Notes under the pieces: generated by a model | Told to the model about the DNA's origin: nothing | The model's database searches: none | What the model saw: the letters and a program-made list of their open reading frames with translations, nothing else | Shown: piece by piece, positions 25,597 to 35,700 of the stretch | Numbering within the stretch: the stretch's first letter is position 1 | How the letters are laid out: the number at the start of each line of letters is the position of its first letter | Position numbers and translations under genes: made by a program | Origin: an uncultured Bacteroidales bacterium | GTDB lineage: Bacteria > Bacteroidota > Bacteroidia > Bacteroidales > FEN-979 | Length of the DNA: 64,000 bases | Direction: 5' to 3' | NCBI GenBank assembly: GCA_903945175.1 | Contig: CAJAUM010000052.1 | Location: forward strand, 1,113 to 65,112

Positions 25597-28500
25597 TCAG
25601 AGTTTACGCTTGACTTCAATCTGTTCGTAACCCTCAATGATATCTCCAACCTGAATGTCGTTAAAGTTCTCTATGTTTAATCCGCATTCATAACCGTTCA
25701 GAACCTCTTTCACGTCATCTTTGAAGCGTTTAAGTGATCCGAGCATTCCCGTGTAGACAACAATGCCATTGCGGATTACCCTGATTTTAGTATTCCGGGT
25801 CACCTTGCCGTCAAGAACCATACACCCTGCAACGGAGCCGACTTTGGTGATCTTGAATACATCACGGACCTCGATATTGCATAGGATTTTCTCCTCAATT
25901 TCGGGAGATAACATTCCTTCGATGGCTGCTTTAATCTCTTCGATGGCCTGGTATATGATTGAATAAAGACGGATATCGATCTGTTCTGCCTCAGCCAGTT
26001 TACGTGCACTTACCGATGGTCTCACCTGGAAACCGACGATTACGGCATTGGATGCAGAGGCCAGCAGTACATCAGATTCCGTTATGGCGCCCACTGATTT
26101 GTGGATTACATTGACCATAACCTCCTCATTGGACAGTTTCAGCAGTGAATCAGAGAGCGCTTCAACAGAACCGTCCACATCACCCTTGACGATGATATTG
26201 AGTTCTTTAAAGTCGCCAATGGCAATCCGACGGCCGATTTCATCCAACGTAATGTGTTTCTGAGTTCGCAGACCCTGTTCACGTTGCAGTTGAAGACGTT
26301 TAGTTGCAATAAGTTTGGATTCTTTTTCATCTGCCATCACATTGAACCCGTCGCCAGCCTGGGGGGCCCCGTTCAAACCCAGCATAAGCATGGGCTGTGA
26401 AGGTCCTGCTTCCCTGATAGGGGTGTTGCGTTCGTTGTACATGGCTTTAACTTTGCCGTATGTTGCACCTGCAAGAACGATATCGCCCACCTTCAACGTG
26501 CCATTCTGCACCAGCAGTTTGGAAACATACCCGCGGCCTTTATCCAATGAAGATTCAATAACGGTGCCGGTTGCAAGGCGGATCGGGTTTGCTTTAAGGT
26601 TGAGCATTTCAGCCTCCAGCAGTACCTTCTCCAAAAGAACCCCCACATTTGTTCCGGCCTTGGCCGAAATTTCCTGCGTTTGGTACTTCCCTCCCCATTC
26701 TTCAACGAGGATATTCATTTTCGACAATTCCTCACGAACTTTTTCCGGGTTGGCATTGGGTTTATCCATTTTATTAAAGGCAAACACGATGGGAACCCCT
26801 GCGGCCAGGGCATGGTTGATGGCTTCACGGGTTTGAGGCATTACATTCTCATCGGCGGCGATCACAATGATGGCTACATCGGTCACACTTGCACCGCGTG
26901 CACGCATGGCTGTGAATGCTTCATGACCCGGGGTGTCGAGGAAGGTAATCTTTTTTCCATTGTCGAGCTGAACTTCGTAGGCCCCGATATGCTGTGTTAT
27001 ACCACCGGCTTCACCGGCAACAACGTTTGTACTGCGAATAAAGTCAAGTAGCTTGGTCTTTCCATGGTCGACGTGCCCCATTACTGTAACGATGGGAGGG
27101 CGATCACGCAGATCATCAGGGTTGTCCGGTTCATTCTGCTTTATCGCTTCCTGAACCTCCACGCTGACAAATTCCACTTTAAAGCCAAATTCTTCAGCTA
27201 CCAGTGTAAGGGTTTCTGCATCAAGCCGTTGGTTGATCGATACAAACATTCCCAACGCCATACAGGTCGAAATGACTTCAGTTACCTGTACATTTAACAT
27301 GGAGGCAAGTTCATTGGCAGTCACAAATTCGGTGACTTTTATTACGCGCTTACCCTCTTCCATGCGCTCCATTTCCTGGTGCATCTGATGGCTGACGGCT
27401 TCTCGCTTTGCCTTGCGATATTTTGACGCTTTTGATTTGCCTGAAGGACTTAACCGTGCGAGGGTCTCCTTGATTTGCTTTTCAATATCTTCAACAGTGA
27501 CTTCGGTTTTAACATCCTTGTGATATTTCTTGTCCTTGGCCAGGGTTGGTTTATGGAGGCTTGGGCGGGCAATATCGGGGGTGGCTGTTACCGGTGCACC
27601 TTCTTCTCCCTGACGTTTAATCCGCTTGCGTTTCTTTTTCTTTGATTTTAGCGTTTCATCAGAGGATGAGGCGACTGGTGTAGGTTTCTTCTTTTCAAAT
27701 TTTTTGGGTTCAGGCAGCAGCATTGAACCAAGGATGGTTGGACCTTCCAGTTTTATCCGTTCGGTCGGGAGGAAATTGGATTCCTGAATTGGTAGAATTA
27801 TTTCAGGTGCTGGCTCGATTTCATCGATTTGTTCATGAACTGGGGGCGCTGTTTCGAAGACTTCAGGTACAAGAATTTCTCCCTCTCTTTCTGGTTCCTG
27901 TGCAGGAGAAGGTTCAATTTCTGAAGCAACAGAAGGTGGCTGAATTTTTGGTTTCTTGGTCGGCTTTTTCGCAAAAGCATCCAGATCCATCATCCCAACG
28001 ATTTTCAGATCATTCTTTGGCCTCTTATCCTCTTCCTCTTCCTTTTCAGCATGCGGCAATACCTCGTCAATCGCCGTTTCAGGCTGCAAATCTGAAATCT
28101 GGGCAGCACTGATTTTTTCAGGATGCAGGGGCACTTCGGCTTGTTTCTGCTCAATTATTTCAGCAGCAGGAACAGCAGCAGGAACAGCAACAGCAACAGG
28201 AACAGGAACAGCAACAGGTTCTTTTATTTCTTCAACTTTACCAGGGTGTGTTTCTGGTATATCAGGGGGCGCAGGGGCAACTTCAGCCTTCTTCTCTTCC
28301 TTTACAGGTTCTTTTGCGACAACTTCTCTTGATTTTTTTACAGTCTCATACTGTTTCTTCTCGAAATCCATGGAGACATTCTTGATGAACAGGTCATCAA
28401 GTTCTTTTTCACGGTCCTTCGACGCAGTTTTTTTATCCTCAATGGTAATTGTTTCATGCGATGAAAATTGAAGCCCGATCTTTTTAGCTTCTTCTTTTAC

Positions 28501-28680
28501 ATGCTTTTCCGATGCGAACTCTTTCATCAGGAGGCTGTACATATCTGACGATAATTTCGCATTGGGATCCATTTCGATCGGGAAACCTCTTTTATTAAGG
28601 AATTCCACTACGGTTTTGATCCCAATATTAAATTCCCGTGCAGCTTTGCTAAGCCTTGTAATTGTTACGCCTTCACTCAT
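25597..28680 (-). CDS. infB: Translation initiation factor IF-2
   Basis: G domain [28 protein letters not shown]. Long low-complexity Pro/Ala/Val/Glu N-terminal region. Confidence 0.95.
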   Translation of the reverse strand: MSEGVTITRLSKAAREFNIGIKTVVEFLNKRGFPIEMDPNAKLSSDMYSLLMKEFASEKHVKEEAKKIGLQFSSHETITIEDKKTASKDREKELDDLFIKNVSMDFEKKQYETVKKSREVVAKEPVKEEKKAEVAPAPPDIPETHPGKVEEIKEPVAVPVPVAVAVPAAVPAAEIIEQKQAEVPLHPEKISAAQISDLQPETAIDEVLPHAEKEEEEDKRPKNDLKIVGMMDLDAFAKKPTKKPKIQPPSVASEIEPSPAQEPEREGEILVPEVFETAPPVHEQIDEIEPAPEIILPIQESNFLPTERIKLEGPTILGSMLLPEPKKFEKKKPTPVASSSDETLKSKKKKRKRIKRQGEEGAPVTATPDIARPSLHKPTLAKDKKYHKDVKTEVTVEDIEKQIKETLARLSPSGKSKASKYRKAKREAVSHQMHQEMERMEEGKRVIKVTEFVTANELASMLNVQVTEVISTCMALGMFVSINQRLDAETLTLVAEEFGFKVEFVSVEVQEAIKQNEPDNPDDLRDRPPIVTVMGHVDHGKTKLLDFIRSTNVVAGEAGGITQHIGAYEVQLDNGKKITFLDTPGHEAFTAMRARGASVTDVAIIVIAADENVMPQTREAINHALAAGVPIVFAFNKMDKPNANPEKVREELSKMNILVEEWGGKYQTQEISAKAGTNVGVLLEKVLLEAEMLNLKANPIRLATGTVIESSLDKGRGYVSKLLVQNGTLKVGDIVLAGATYGKVKAMYNERNTPIREAGPSQPMLMLGLNGAPQAGDGFNVMADEKESKLIATKRLQLQREQGLRTQKHITLDEIGRRIAIGDFKELNIIVKGDVDGSVEALSDSLLKLSNEEVMVNVIHKSVGAITESDVLLASASNAVIVGFQVRPSVSARKLAEAEQIDIRLYSIIYQAIEEIKAAIEGMLSPEIEEKILCNIEVRDVFKITKVGSVAGCMVLDGKVTRNTKIRVIRNGIVVYTGMLGSLKRFKDDVKEVLNGYECGLNIENFNDIQVGDIIEGYEQIEVKRKL

Positions 28681-28699
28681 TGAGCAAAATTATGGTTTT

Positions 28700-29935
28700 T
28701 TATTCAAATTCAGCTTTAATTATCCGAACAACTTCGTTGATCGTCTCTTCTTCAAGGTCAGTCCGCTTCACCAGCTCCGTAACATCGAGGTCCAAAACAC
28801 TTTTTGCGGTGTCACAACCGATTGATTTCAGTTCATCAATGATCCACTGATCGATTTCATCAGAAAATTCCTGGATGTCCACATCTTCATTGTCCACATC
28901 CGTATCGCGGTAAACGTCGATTTCGTAGCCGGTCAGTTTCCCGGCCAGTTTAATATTGAATCCGCCCTTCCCGATGGCCAGTGAAACCTGGTCTGGTTTC
29001 ATGTATACATCGGCCCGTTTTTCTTCCTCTATTATAACGATGGAGGAAACCTTGGCAGGGCTCAATGCACGTTGGATAAACAAGGAGGGGTTGTTGGTGA
29101 AATTGATGACATCAATATTTTCGTTTTTCAACTCACGCACGATGCCATGTATACGGCTGCCCTTCATCCCGACACAAGCTCCTACAGGATCAATGCGGTC
29201 ATCATAGGATTCAACGGCTATCTTGGCGCGCTCACCGGGAACGCGAACAATCTTTTTAATGTTGATCAGTCCATCATATACCTCAGGAACTTCGGATTCA
29301 AACAATCTCTCCAGGAAAGCTTCGGAAGTACGCGAAAGGATGATGATCGGGTTGTTGTTTTTCATTTCCACTTTGGAAACGACGGCCCTGATCGTATCAC
29401 CTTTTCTATAAAAATCCGATGGTATTTGCTCTGATTTTGGCAGGATCAATTCGATGCTTTCGTCATCCAGCACAAGAATCTCCTTTTTCCATACCTGGTA
29501 AACCTCTCCGGAGATGATTTCGCCAATCTTTTCACGGTATTTGGCGTATATATTGTTCTTTTCGTATTCCTGGATTTTTGAAATCAGATTCTGCCGGATG
29601 GCAAGAATTTCACGCCGTCCAAAACTGCCAAGCTTGACCTCCTCTGAAAGCTCTTCCCCGACTTCAAAATCGGGCTCTATTTTAATGGCTTCAGAAAGCG
29701 GGACCTGGGTGTTTTCATCTTCAACAGCACCGTCTTCAACAATGGTGCGTGAGCGGAAGATTTCAAGGTCCCCCTTGTCGATGTTAACAATGATGTCAAA
29801 ATTATCGGCCGACCCAAATCTTTTCGTCAGCATATGCTTGAACACATCTTCCAGGATGCGCATCATGGTTTCCCTGTCGATATTTTTGAATTCTTTGAAT
29901 TCCGAAAAGGTTTCGACTAAATTCAGATGTTCCAT
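28700..29935 (-). CDS. nusA: Transcription termination/antitermination factor NusA
   Basis: N-terminal domain, S1 domain (GEVYQV...), and two KH domains (VGACVGMKGSRI, AIGKGGFNIKL). Confidence 0.95.
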   Translation of the reverse strand: MEHLNLVETFSEFKEFKNIDRETMMRILEDVFKHMLTKRFGSADNFDIIVNIDKGDLEIFRSRTIVEDGAVEDENTQVPLSEAIKIEPDFEVGEELSEEVKLGSFGRREILAIRQNLISKIQEYEKNNIYAKYREKIGEIISGEVYQVWKKEILVLDDESIELILPKSEQIPSDFYRKGDTIRAVVSKVEMKNNNPIIILSRTSEAFLERLFESEVPEVYDGLINIKKIVRVPGERAKIAVESYDDRIDPVGACVGMKGSRIHGIVRELKNENIDVINFTNNPSLFIQRALSPAKVSSIVIIEEEKRADVYMKPDQVSLAIGKGGFNIKLAGKLTGYEIDVYRDTDVDNEDVDIQEFSDEIDQWIIDELKSIGCDTAKSVLDLDVTELVKRTDLEEETINEVVRIIKAEFE

Positions 29936-29947
29936 TGTGTGATAAAT

Positions 29948-30406
29948 CTACTTTTTAAATGTGATTACTTCTTTTGCTGTTTTTATTTCGTCAAATTTCA
30001 AATGTATGCTGGCGTTATTCGACTCTTTTTTAGGTTTTTTTTCGGCAGGTGGTTGAATTTCAACACCTGATTCATTGACATTAAGTACCGTTCCTGTGAT
30101 TTTATCCCCGGCTTTGGTGACAATTTCCAGAGAATTTCCAATGTTTTTTTTATATTGTCTTGGAAGTTTCAGCGGACGGTCGGCGCCGGCTGAAGAGACC
30201 GTCAGGTCAAAATCTTCAGTTTCGCGGTCAAGGTTATCTTCCAGGAAACGGCTTAACTGCCGGCATGCTTCAATGGTAACGCGTTGATCACCATCAATAA
30301 AAATTGAGATCTGATTGCCGGGTTTGATGACGAAATCAACAAGGAACAGATCCCCTCCCTTCAGGTGATGGGTGATCAATTTCTGTAATTGCTTTTCAGT
30401 GATCAT
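29948..30406 (-). CDS. rimP: Ribosome maturation factor RimP
   Basis: Start trimmed to ATG 30406 (MITEKQLQKLI...). It sits directly upstream of nusA-infB and has a typical RimP length and layout. Confidence 0.85.
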   Translation of the reverse strand: MITEKQLQKLITHHLKGGDLFLVDFVIKPGNQISIFIDGDQRVTIEACRQLSRFLEDNLDRETEDFDLTVSSAGADRPLKLPRQYKKNIGNSLEIVTKAGDKITGTVLNVNESGVEIQPPAEKKPKKESNNASIHLKFDEIKTAKEVITFKK

Positions 30407-30412
30407 TGTTAA

Positions 30413-30440
30413 CAATAAAAGAGGGGACTTTTTGTCCCCC
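30413..30440 (-). terminator. Terminator-like hairpin plus U-tract inside the rimP-nusA-infB leader (candidate attenuator)
   Basis: The minus strand reads GGGGAC-AAAAA-GTCCCC followed by TCTTTTATTG. It ends 7 nt before ATG 30406 and lies downstream of the -7 box at 30466-73. Confidence 0.55.
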
Positions 30441-30465
30441 CGTGCCGTTTTACGTAAATCGAGTG

Positions 30466-30473
30466 CAAAGATA
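30466..30473 (-). promoter_or_regulatory. -7 box TATCTTTG (extended TATCTTTGCACTC) for rimP-nusA-infB
   Basis: Perfect TAnnTTTG, 60 nt upstream of ATG 30406. Confidence 0.55.
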
Positions 30474-30504
30474 AGCAATATTTCAGAAACACCAAATCTT
30501 TTAT

Positions 30505-30903
30505 TTATATCACAAAATCTGCTTCAGCCGGTGTAGTCGGGGCAATAGATGCTGGATTAACCGGATTCTCAAAATTCATCTCTTCAAACGCGGATTCTTT
30601 TGGTGTTGCAGGTGCAAGTTTATCAATTGCAATTGGAACGATTGTATTAAAATCTTCAAACTCCGCCTCTTTGGGTGTCGTGGGTGCAAGTTGCATGACC
30701 ATGGCTTCAGGAATGGTCACATGTTCGACTCCATCGCTGAATTCAGCCTGTAATGGGGTTGCCGGGGAGAGTTTAGCCATGTCAATAAATAATTCAATTT
30801 TCATCAGCTCATCTTTCATGGAGCCATTTCCTGGTTTGTTGGCAAAAATCACGGAGGCATTCAAAGTGAGCAGGGTGGCGAGTACCAATATCGTTGTTTT
30901 CAT
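30505..30903 (-). CDS. Secreted protein with four [LI][AS]P-x-TP-x-x-[AS]-x-F-x-[DE] motif repeats
   Basis: Start taken at ATG 30903; the track start at 30921 is TTG. Signal peptide MKTTILVLATLLTLNASVIFA. The four motifs are LSPATPLQAEFSD, LAPTTPKEAEFED, LAPATPKESAFEE and IAPTTPAEADFVI, the last at the extreme C-terminus. The repeats are conserved at the protein level, not the DNA level. Confidence 0.65.
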   Translation of the reverse strand: MKTTILVLATLLTLNASVIFANKPGNGSMKDELMKIELFIDMAKLSPATPLQAEFSDGVEHVTIPEAMVMQLAPTTPKEAEFEDFNTIVPIAIDKLAPATPKESAFEEMNFENPVNPASIAPTTPAEADFVI

Positions 30904-30939
30904 TGTTTTTGTTTTTTGCAATTTTGATCATAGGACGGC

Positions 30940-30948
30940 GGGGGGGGG
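30940..30948. repeat. G9 homopolymer in a divergent promoter region
   Basis: cGGGGGGGGGc, 37 nt upstream of ATG 30903 (C9 on the coding strand). It lies 7 nt upstream of TATGAT. Confidence 0.9.
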
Positions 30949-31121
30949 CTTCCGTTACATGGGAATGGTCGTAAGGTTCATTTAAGTCGATGAATGGGGG
31001 ATTTTTTCCGTTAAGTCCAAAAACTTTCTCCCGGTTTTGTAATTATTCTGCACACAGCACCAACTTTTTCGATTATCATTGTATTTTAGTAATCTACTTC
31101 AAACTATTAAAACCCAATTCT

Positions 31122-31865
31122 ATGAAATTAACGACCAAAATTCTGATTGCCGCTTTTATGCTGATCCTTGCCGGCGTTGTAGTAATGATATCCTTATTTA
31201 ACAAACCCGCAGACAAAGCTTTGGTTAGAGGAACCACGGCAATGGCCGATCCTGTTCAAATGCAGGCGATGAGCAAAAAATCCATTCAATTAAGAAATGA
31301 ATTTACCAGGGATACCCTGCAGCTTAAACGGATGATCCAGATTCTCAGATATTTTGAACAATTTACCGAAAGAGTGGCCCGCCAGATCGATACAACATCA
31401 GCCATACTCAGATACCATCCCCTTTATACTGATCGTAAGCTAAATCCTACATTCATTGCCCTACAGGAATATAGTAATTTTCTAAACAGTAACATTGTCA
31501 AACTGAAATCCACGGAGGCGATGCTTTCAGAATTCCTGGCGAACAAGGATGAATCTGAGGTGCCATATAAAGTCGAAATGAATTTGCGTGACTTTGCTAA
31601 TTTTATCAATCAGATGTCTGCGCGTGAAGTTGTTTTGGAGCAGGCTGCTTTAGAAATCGATATCTATCTCGACAAATCGGTCAAGAAGAAACTGATGCAA
31701 GTTGAAATCAGTGAACTGCAAAATTTCCGGAACCAACTACTTATGGATAACCGTGTAACTTTTACCATGCTGGGAGATAAGAACTCCCTGGCCAGACTTT
31801 CCACTTTTGCTGGTGCTGACGGCTCAGATCTTGCTACCGCCGATGACGCCATGAGTAAACCCTGA
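31122..31865 (+). CDS. Membrane-anchored hypothetical protein
   Basis: Start trimmed to ATG 31122. N-terminal TM helix MKLTTKILIAAFMLILAGVVVMISLF, then a predicted helical soluble part. No recognisable family. Confidence 0.55.
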   Translation: MKLTTKILIAAFMLILAGVVVMISLFNKPADKALVRGTTAMADPVQMQAMSKKSIQLRNEFTRDTLQLKRMIQILRYFEQFTERVARQIDTTSAILRYHPLYTDRKLNPTFIALQEYSNFLNSNIVKLKSTEAMLSEFLANKDESEVPYKVEMNLRDFANFINQMSAREVVLEQAALEIDIYLDKSVKKKLMQVEISELQNFRNQLLMDNRVTFTMLGDKNSLARLSTFAGADGSDLATADDAMSKP

Positions 31866-31965
31866 TGTTTAATCATGCAGAGAAATTACGCCTTTTATCA
31901 TTGACGACCTGAGCGTTTGCTTTATCCGATCCGGATCGATGCGATAAGGGGATTGAATGGATTGA

Positions 31966-32379
31966 ACAGGTATACCAGCTTCAGGGACTCCAACCGAACC
32001 CGATATTTGTACTTACCAACCAAGGGTGAAAATGCCTGCCGCCGATGGAAAGATGCGGCTCACTGATGTTGCTGATACTGAACAACTTTTTCGACTATAC
32101 AGTCTGTTCCATCACCTAAAGCCGAACCATTTAAAATGTGGTTGGCCAAAGTTGGCTCTGAGCGTATCGACGAAATTGAAGATCCTGAAAAAGGAAAACC
32201 TGCGCGATCACATGTCGAACCTTGAATTGGTTTTAAATATGCTCGCAGAAGCAACAACAACTGAAATCTCCAAAGAAAAGAAACCTGTAGGATTTGAAAA
32301 TAATCGAAAAATTGCCCGACAGGGCGTACAATCTATTTTACCCAACCTAATTTTAGTGATTAAGACGCAAGTATTTTAA
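31966..32379 (+). pseudogene. Frameshifted, internally deleted Bro-N-type antirepressor-like gene remnant
   Basis: Frame A reads ...ICTYQPRVKMPAADGKMRLTDVADTEQLFRL. Frame B from about 32102 reads QSVPSPKAEPFKMWLAKVGSERIDEIEDPEK. Frame A then resumes with NLRDHMSNLELVLNMLAEATTTEISKEKKPVGFENNRKIARQG. The N-terminal domain and a central segment are missing. Confidence 0.7.
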
Positions 32380-32448
32380 CTTTTCCTCTTGATCCAATTA
32401 TATCAATGAATAATTAAACATATCCGACACAAAGAGGACACAAATAGA

Positions 32449-32484
32449 ATAAAAAAAACCTTGAAAATGTTGATATTCAAGGTT
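32449..32484 (-). terminator. Intrinsic terminator after tRNA-Gln
   Basis: 9-bp stem AACCTTGAA/TTCAAGGTT with a 10-nt loop, followed on the minus strand by a T8 run. It lies 16 nt past the tRNA 3' end. Confidence 0.75.
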
Positions 32485-32500
32485 TTAAATTTGATATGCG

Positions 32501-32571
32501 TTGACCCACCAGGATTCGAACCTAGACCGAGAGAACCAAAATCTCTTGTGCTGCCGTTACACCATGGGTCA
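32501..32571 (-). tRNA. tRNA-Gln (anticodon TTG)
   Basis: The reverse complement is TGACCCATGGTGTAACGGCAGCACAAGAGATTTTGGTTCTCTCGGTCTAGGTTCGAATCCTGGTGGGTCAA. Anticodon loop TTTTGGT. CCA is not encoded. Confidence 0.9.
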
Positions 32572-32629
32572 ATTTAATCTACGATTTACGGTATACGGTA
32601 TAATATCCGGATATCGCGAATTGCGGGTG

Positions 32630-32637
32630 CAAAGGTA
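32630..32637 (-). promoter_or_regulatory. -7 box TACCTTTG (extended TACCTTTGCACCC) for tRNA-Gln
   Basis: Shares the 14-mer GGGTGCAAAGGTAA (plus strand) with the tRNA-Val promoter. It lies 59 nt upstream of the tRNA 5' end. Confidence 0.55.
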
Positions 32638-32701
32638 AAAAATATTTTCTTTTTGCAGCCCGATGTCAGTGAAAAAAATATTCCTGGTCACTGTTTGCGG
32701 G

Positions 32702-32709
32702 TAAATTTG
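32702..32709 (+). promoter_or_regulatory. -7 box TAAATTTG for the DUF2723 gene
   Basis: Perfect TAnnTTTG, 36 nt upstream of ATG 32745. Confidence 0.5.
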
Positions 32710-32744
32710 TACTTTCGCCACTTCATTCCAGAAAACAATAATTT

Positions 32745-35700
32745 ATGAAGAATTTCCAGAAACTGAACAACATCATTGGCTGGGTTACTTTTATTCTTGC
32801 TTCAACCGTTTACATGCTAACGATTGAACCAACGGCCAGCTGGTGGGATTGCGGGGAGTACATTTCAACAGCGTTTAAACTTCAGGTTGGCCATCCCCCG
32901 GGAGCTCCCTTATTCCAGATGATCGGGCGGTTTTTTTCTCTATTTGCCTTCGGTGATGTTTCAAAGGTGGCCATGATGGTCAATTTGATGTCGGCGCTGT
33001 CAAGCGGGTTTACCATTTTATTTCTCTTCTGGACCATTGTTTTGTTCGCGAAAAAACTTGTCGGAAACGAGGGAGAGATGACGAATGGCCAAATGTTTAC
33101 TGTGTTCGGCGCTGCGTTCATCGGTTCGATGGCCTATACCTTCAGCGACACCTTCTGGTTTTCGGCAGTTGAGGGTGAAGTGTATGCGATGTCATCTTTT
33201 TTTACAGCCATCTCTTTTTGGGCCATCATGAAATGGGAAGAGGTTGCCAATGAAAAACATTCTTACCGGTGGCTTGTGCTGATCTCATTCCTGATGGGGC
33301 TTGCCATTGGTGTTCATTTGTTAAACCTATTGGTGATCCCTGCAACCTGCATGGTCTATTACTATAAAAAATATAAACCCACCAAAGTAGGGATGCTGCT
33401 GACATTCATCCTGTCGATTATTATCCTGGCCTTTGTCATGTTTATCATCATCCCCTGGACTGTTGAATTGTCGGGGAAATTTGAACTTCTATTTGTAAAT
33501 GGATTTGGATTGCCTTTCAGTACGGGGACTACCATCTATTTTATGTTGCTTATCGGCTTGATCATCTGGGGCCTCTATTATACGCGCAAAAAGGGAAAAA
33601 CGGTATTGAACACCATTCTTCTGGCCTTCACCTTTATCATGATTGGTTATTCTTCTTTCTTAATGCTGGTAATCAGGGCCAATTCCAATCCACCCATCAA
33701 TGAAAATGCCCCCAAGGATGCCATCAGTCTCCTTTCGTACCTGAACCGTGAGCAATACGGTGATTTCCCCATAGCTTACGGACAGTATTGGAGTGCTCCG
33801 ATCGTTGATTACGGTGATGGGAAACCGGTTTATCAAAAAGATGAGAAATCGGGAAAATATGTGGTGGTCGATAACAGAAAGGGTACCGTTCCTATTTGGG
33901 ATCAGCGATTCACTACGCTTTTCCCACGGATGTGGAGTAATCAACGAAAGGGATCATCCGAATTTTATAAAAAATGGGGAGGAGCGGGTGTTCCCATTGA
34001 GGTTAGCACAGGGGATGGAAAAACGGAAACGCGTATCAAGCCTACCTTTGGAGAGAACCTGAAGTATTTCTTTACCTATCAGATCGGCCACATGTACATC
34101 CGGTACTTTATGTGGAATTTTGCAGGACGGCAGAATGACATCCAGGGTTTTGGCGGTCTTGAGGAGGGAAATTGGATCAGTGGCATTCCATTCTTTGATA
34201 AAATGCGGCTGGGTCATGACCAGACAAACCTGCCAGACAGCAAGCAGAGCAGGGCTGCCAATAAATATTACCTGCTGCCACTGATACTTGGGCTCATTGG
34301 ATTTTTCTTTCATGTGAATAAGGATTACAAAGGGACCATGATCATTTTCCTGTTGTTTCTTATGACAGGATTGGCCATTCTGGTCTATCTGAACCAGCAA
34401 CCGTATGAACCCCGTGAGCGGGATTATGCCTATGCCGCTTCGTTCTACGCGTTCGCTATATGGATCGGGCTGGGTATTATTCCACTGATAAACTGGCTTA
34501 AGAAAAAGTTAAGCGAAAACATTTCTGTTATTGTTGTTTTTGTATTGACCCTCGTGCTTGTTCCAGGCATCATGGCCAAGGAAAACTGGGATGACCACGA
34601 TCGTTCAGGGAAATATGCCTGTCGTGATTTTGCGGCGAACTATCTGAATTCATGCGGGCCCCAGGGAATTTTATTTACGAATGGTGATAACGACACATTC
34701 CCATTATGGTATGATCAGGAGGTCGAAGGCATCGGAACGGATGTACGTGTAGTAAACCTGATGCTTGCTTCCGGTCCATGGTATATTAACCAGTTGTATC
34801 AAAAAGCCTATCTATCTGAACCTATTCCGCTCACCCTAAGCAAAGAGCAGTATCAGCAGGGCACAAACGATATTCTTCCATTCTATGACATCGGAATCAA
34901 GGGTTACGTGGAGCTGAAGGACATGATTGATTTTATCAAAAGCGATGACCCTCAGACTTTTTTGACGTTACAAAACGGGGAGAAGATGAAATTTTTCCCT
35001 TCCAAACTGGTTAAAATCACCGTCGATTCGGCCGCCTGCGTAAAGTACGGAATTGTTCCAAAACATCTGAGGGGGAAGATGGTCGATTCAATTTACTGGA
35101 AAATCCGTACCAACCAGTTGTACAAAAATGATCTCATGTTACTTGATTTACTTGCTTCGAACAAATGGGAACGGCCGCTCTATTTTGCTGCACCCTCGAG
35201 TGTAAATCATTGTGTTGCCATTGACTCTTTTTGCCTTGTTCAGGGATGGGTTTATCAATTCATGCCAGTAAAGGCTGATTCCGGTGATTATATCCAGGGA
35301 ATGGGTGGGGTTGATGCCCAGACCTCCTATGACATCATGAAAAATAAATGTGCCTGGGGCAATCTGAATGATCCGAAGGTGTATGTTGATCCTGAAAGCC
35401 TCAATAATTCAGTACGACCAAAGACCAACATCATGCGCGTTGCACAATCGCTGCTGTCGGAAGGAAAGAAAACCGAGGCCATTGAATTGCTTGATCTTTA
35501 TCTGAAGTATTTCCCTGATTCAAAGGTGCCATATGATATGTATATGCTTCCTTATGCTGAAATTTATTATAAAGCCGGCGCCAGCGAAAAAGCAAATATG
35601 CTTATTGAAAGGGTAGCGAAGATATACAGTCAGAACCTTGATTACTACAATTCTTTTTCATCCGGACATACGCAGTATTTTGAGCAGGATGTTCAGACCT

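Noticed and set aside
27956-28471. Plus-strand ORFs (171 aa and 69 aa) and the GCAACAGGAACAGCA-type repeats inside infB
   Set aside because: This is antisense reading of the low-complexity Pro/Ala/Val/Glu-rich IF-2 N-terminal region. The repeats are codon-level low complexity, not a discrete element.
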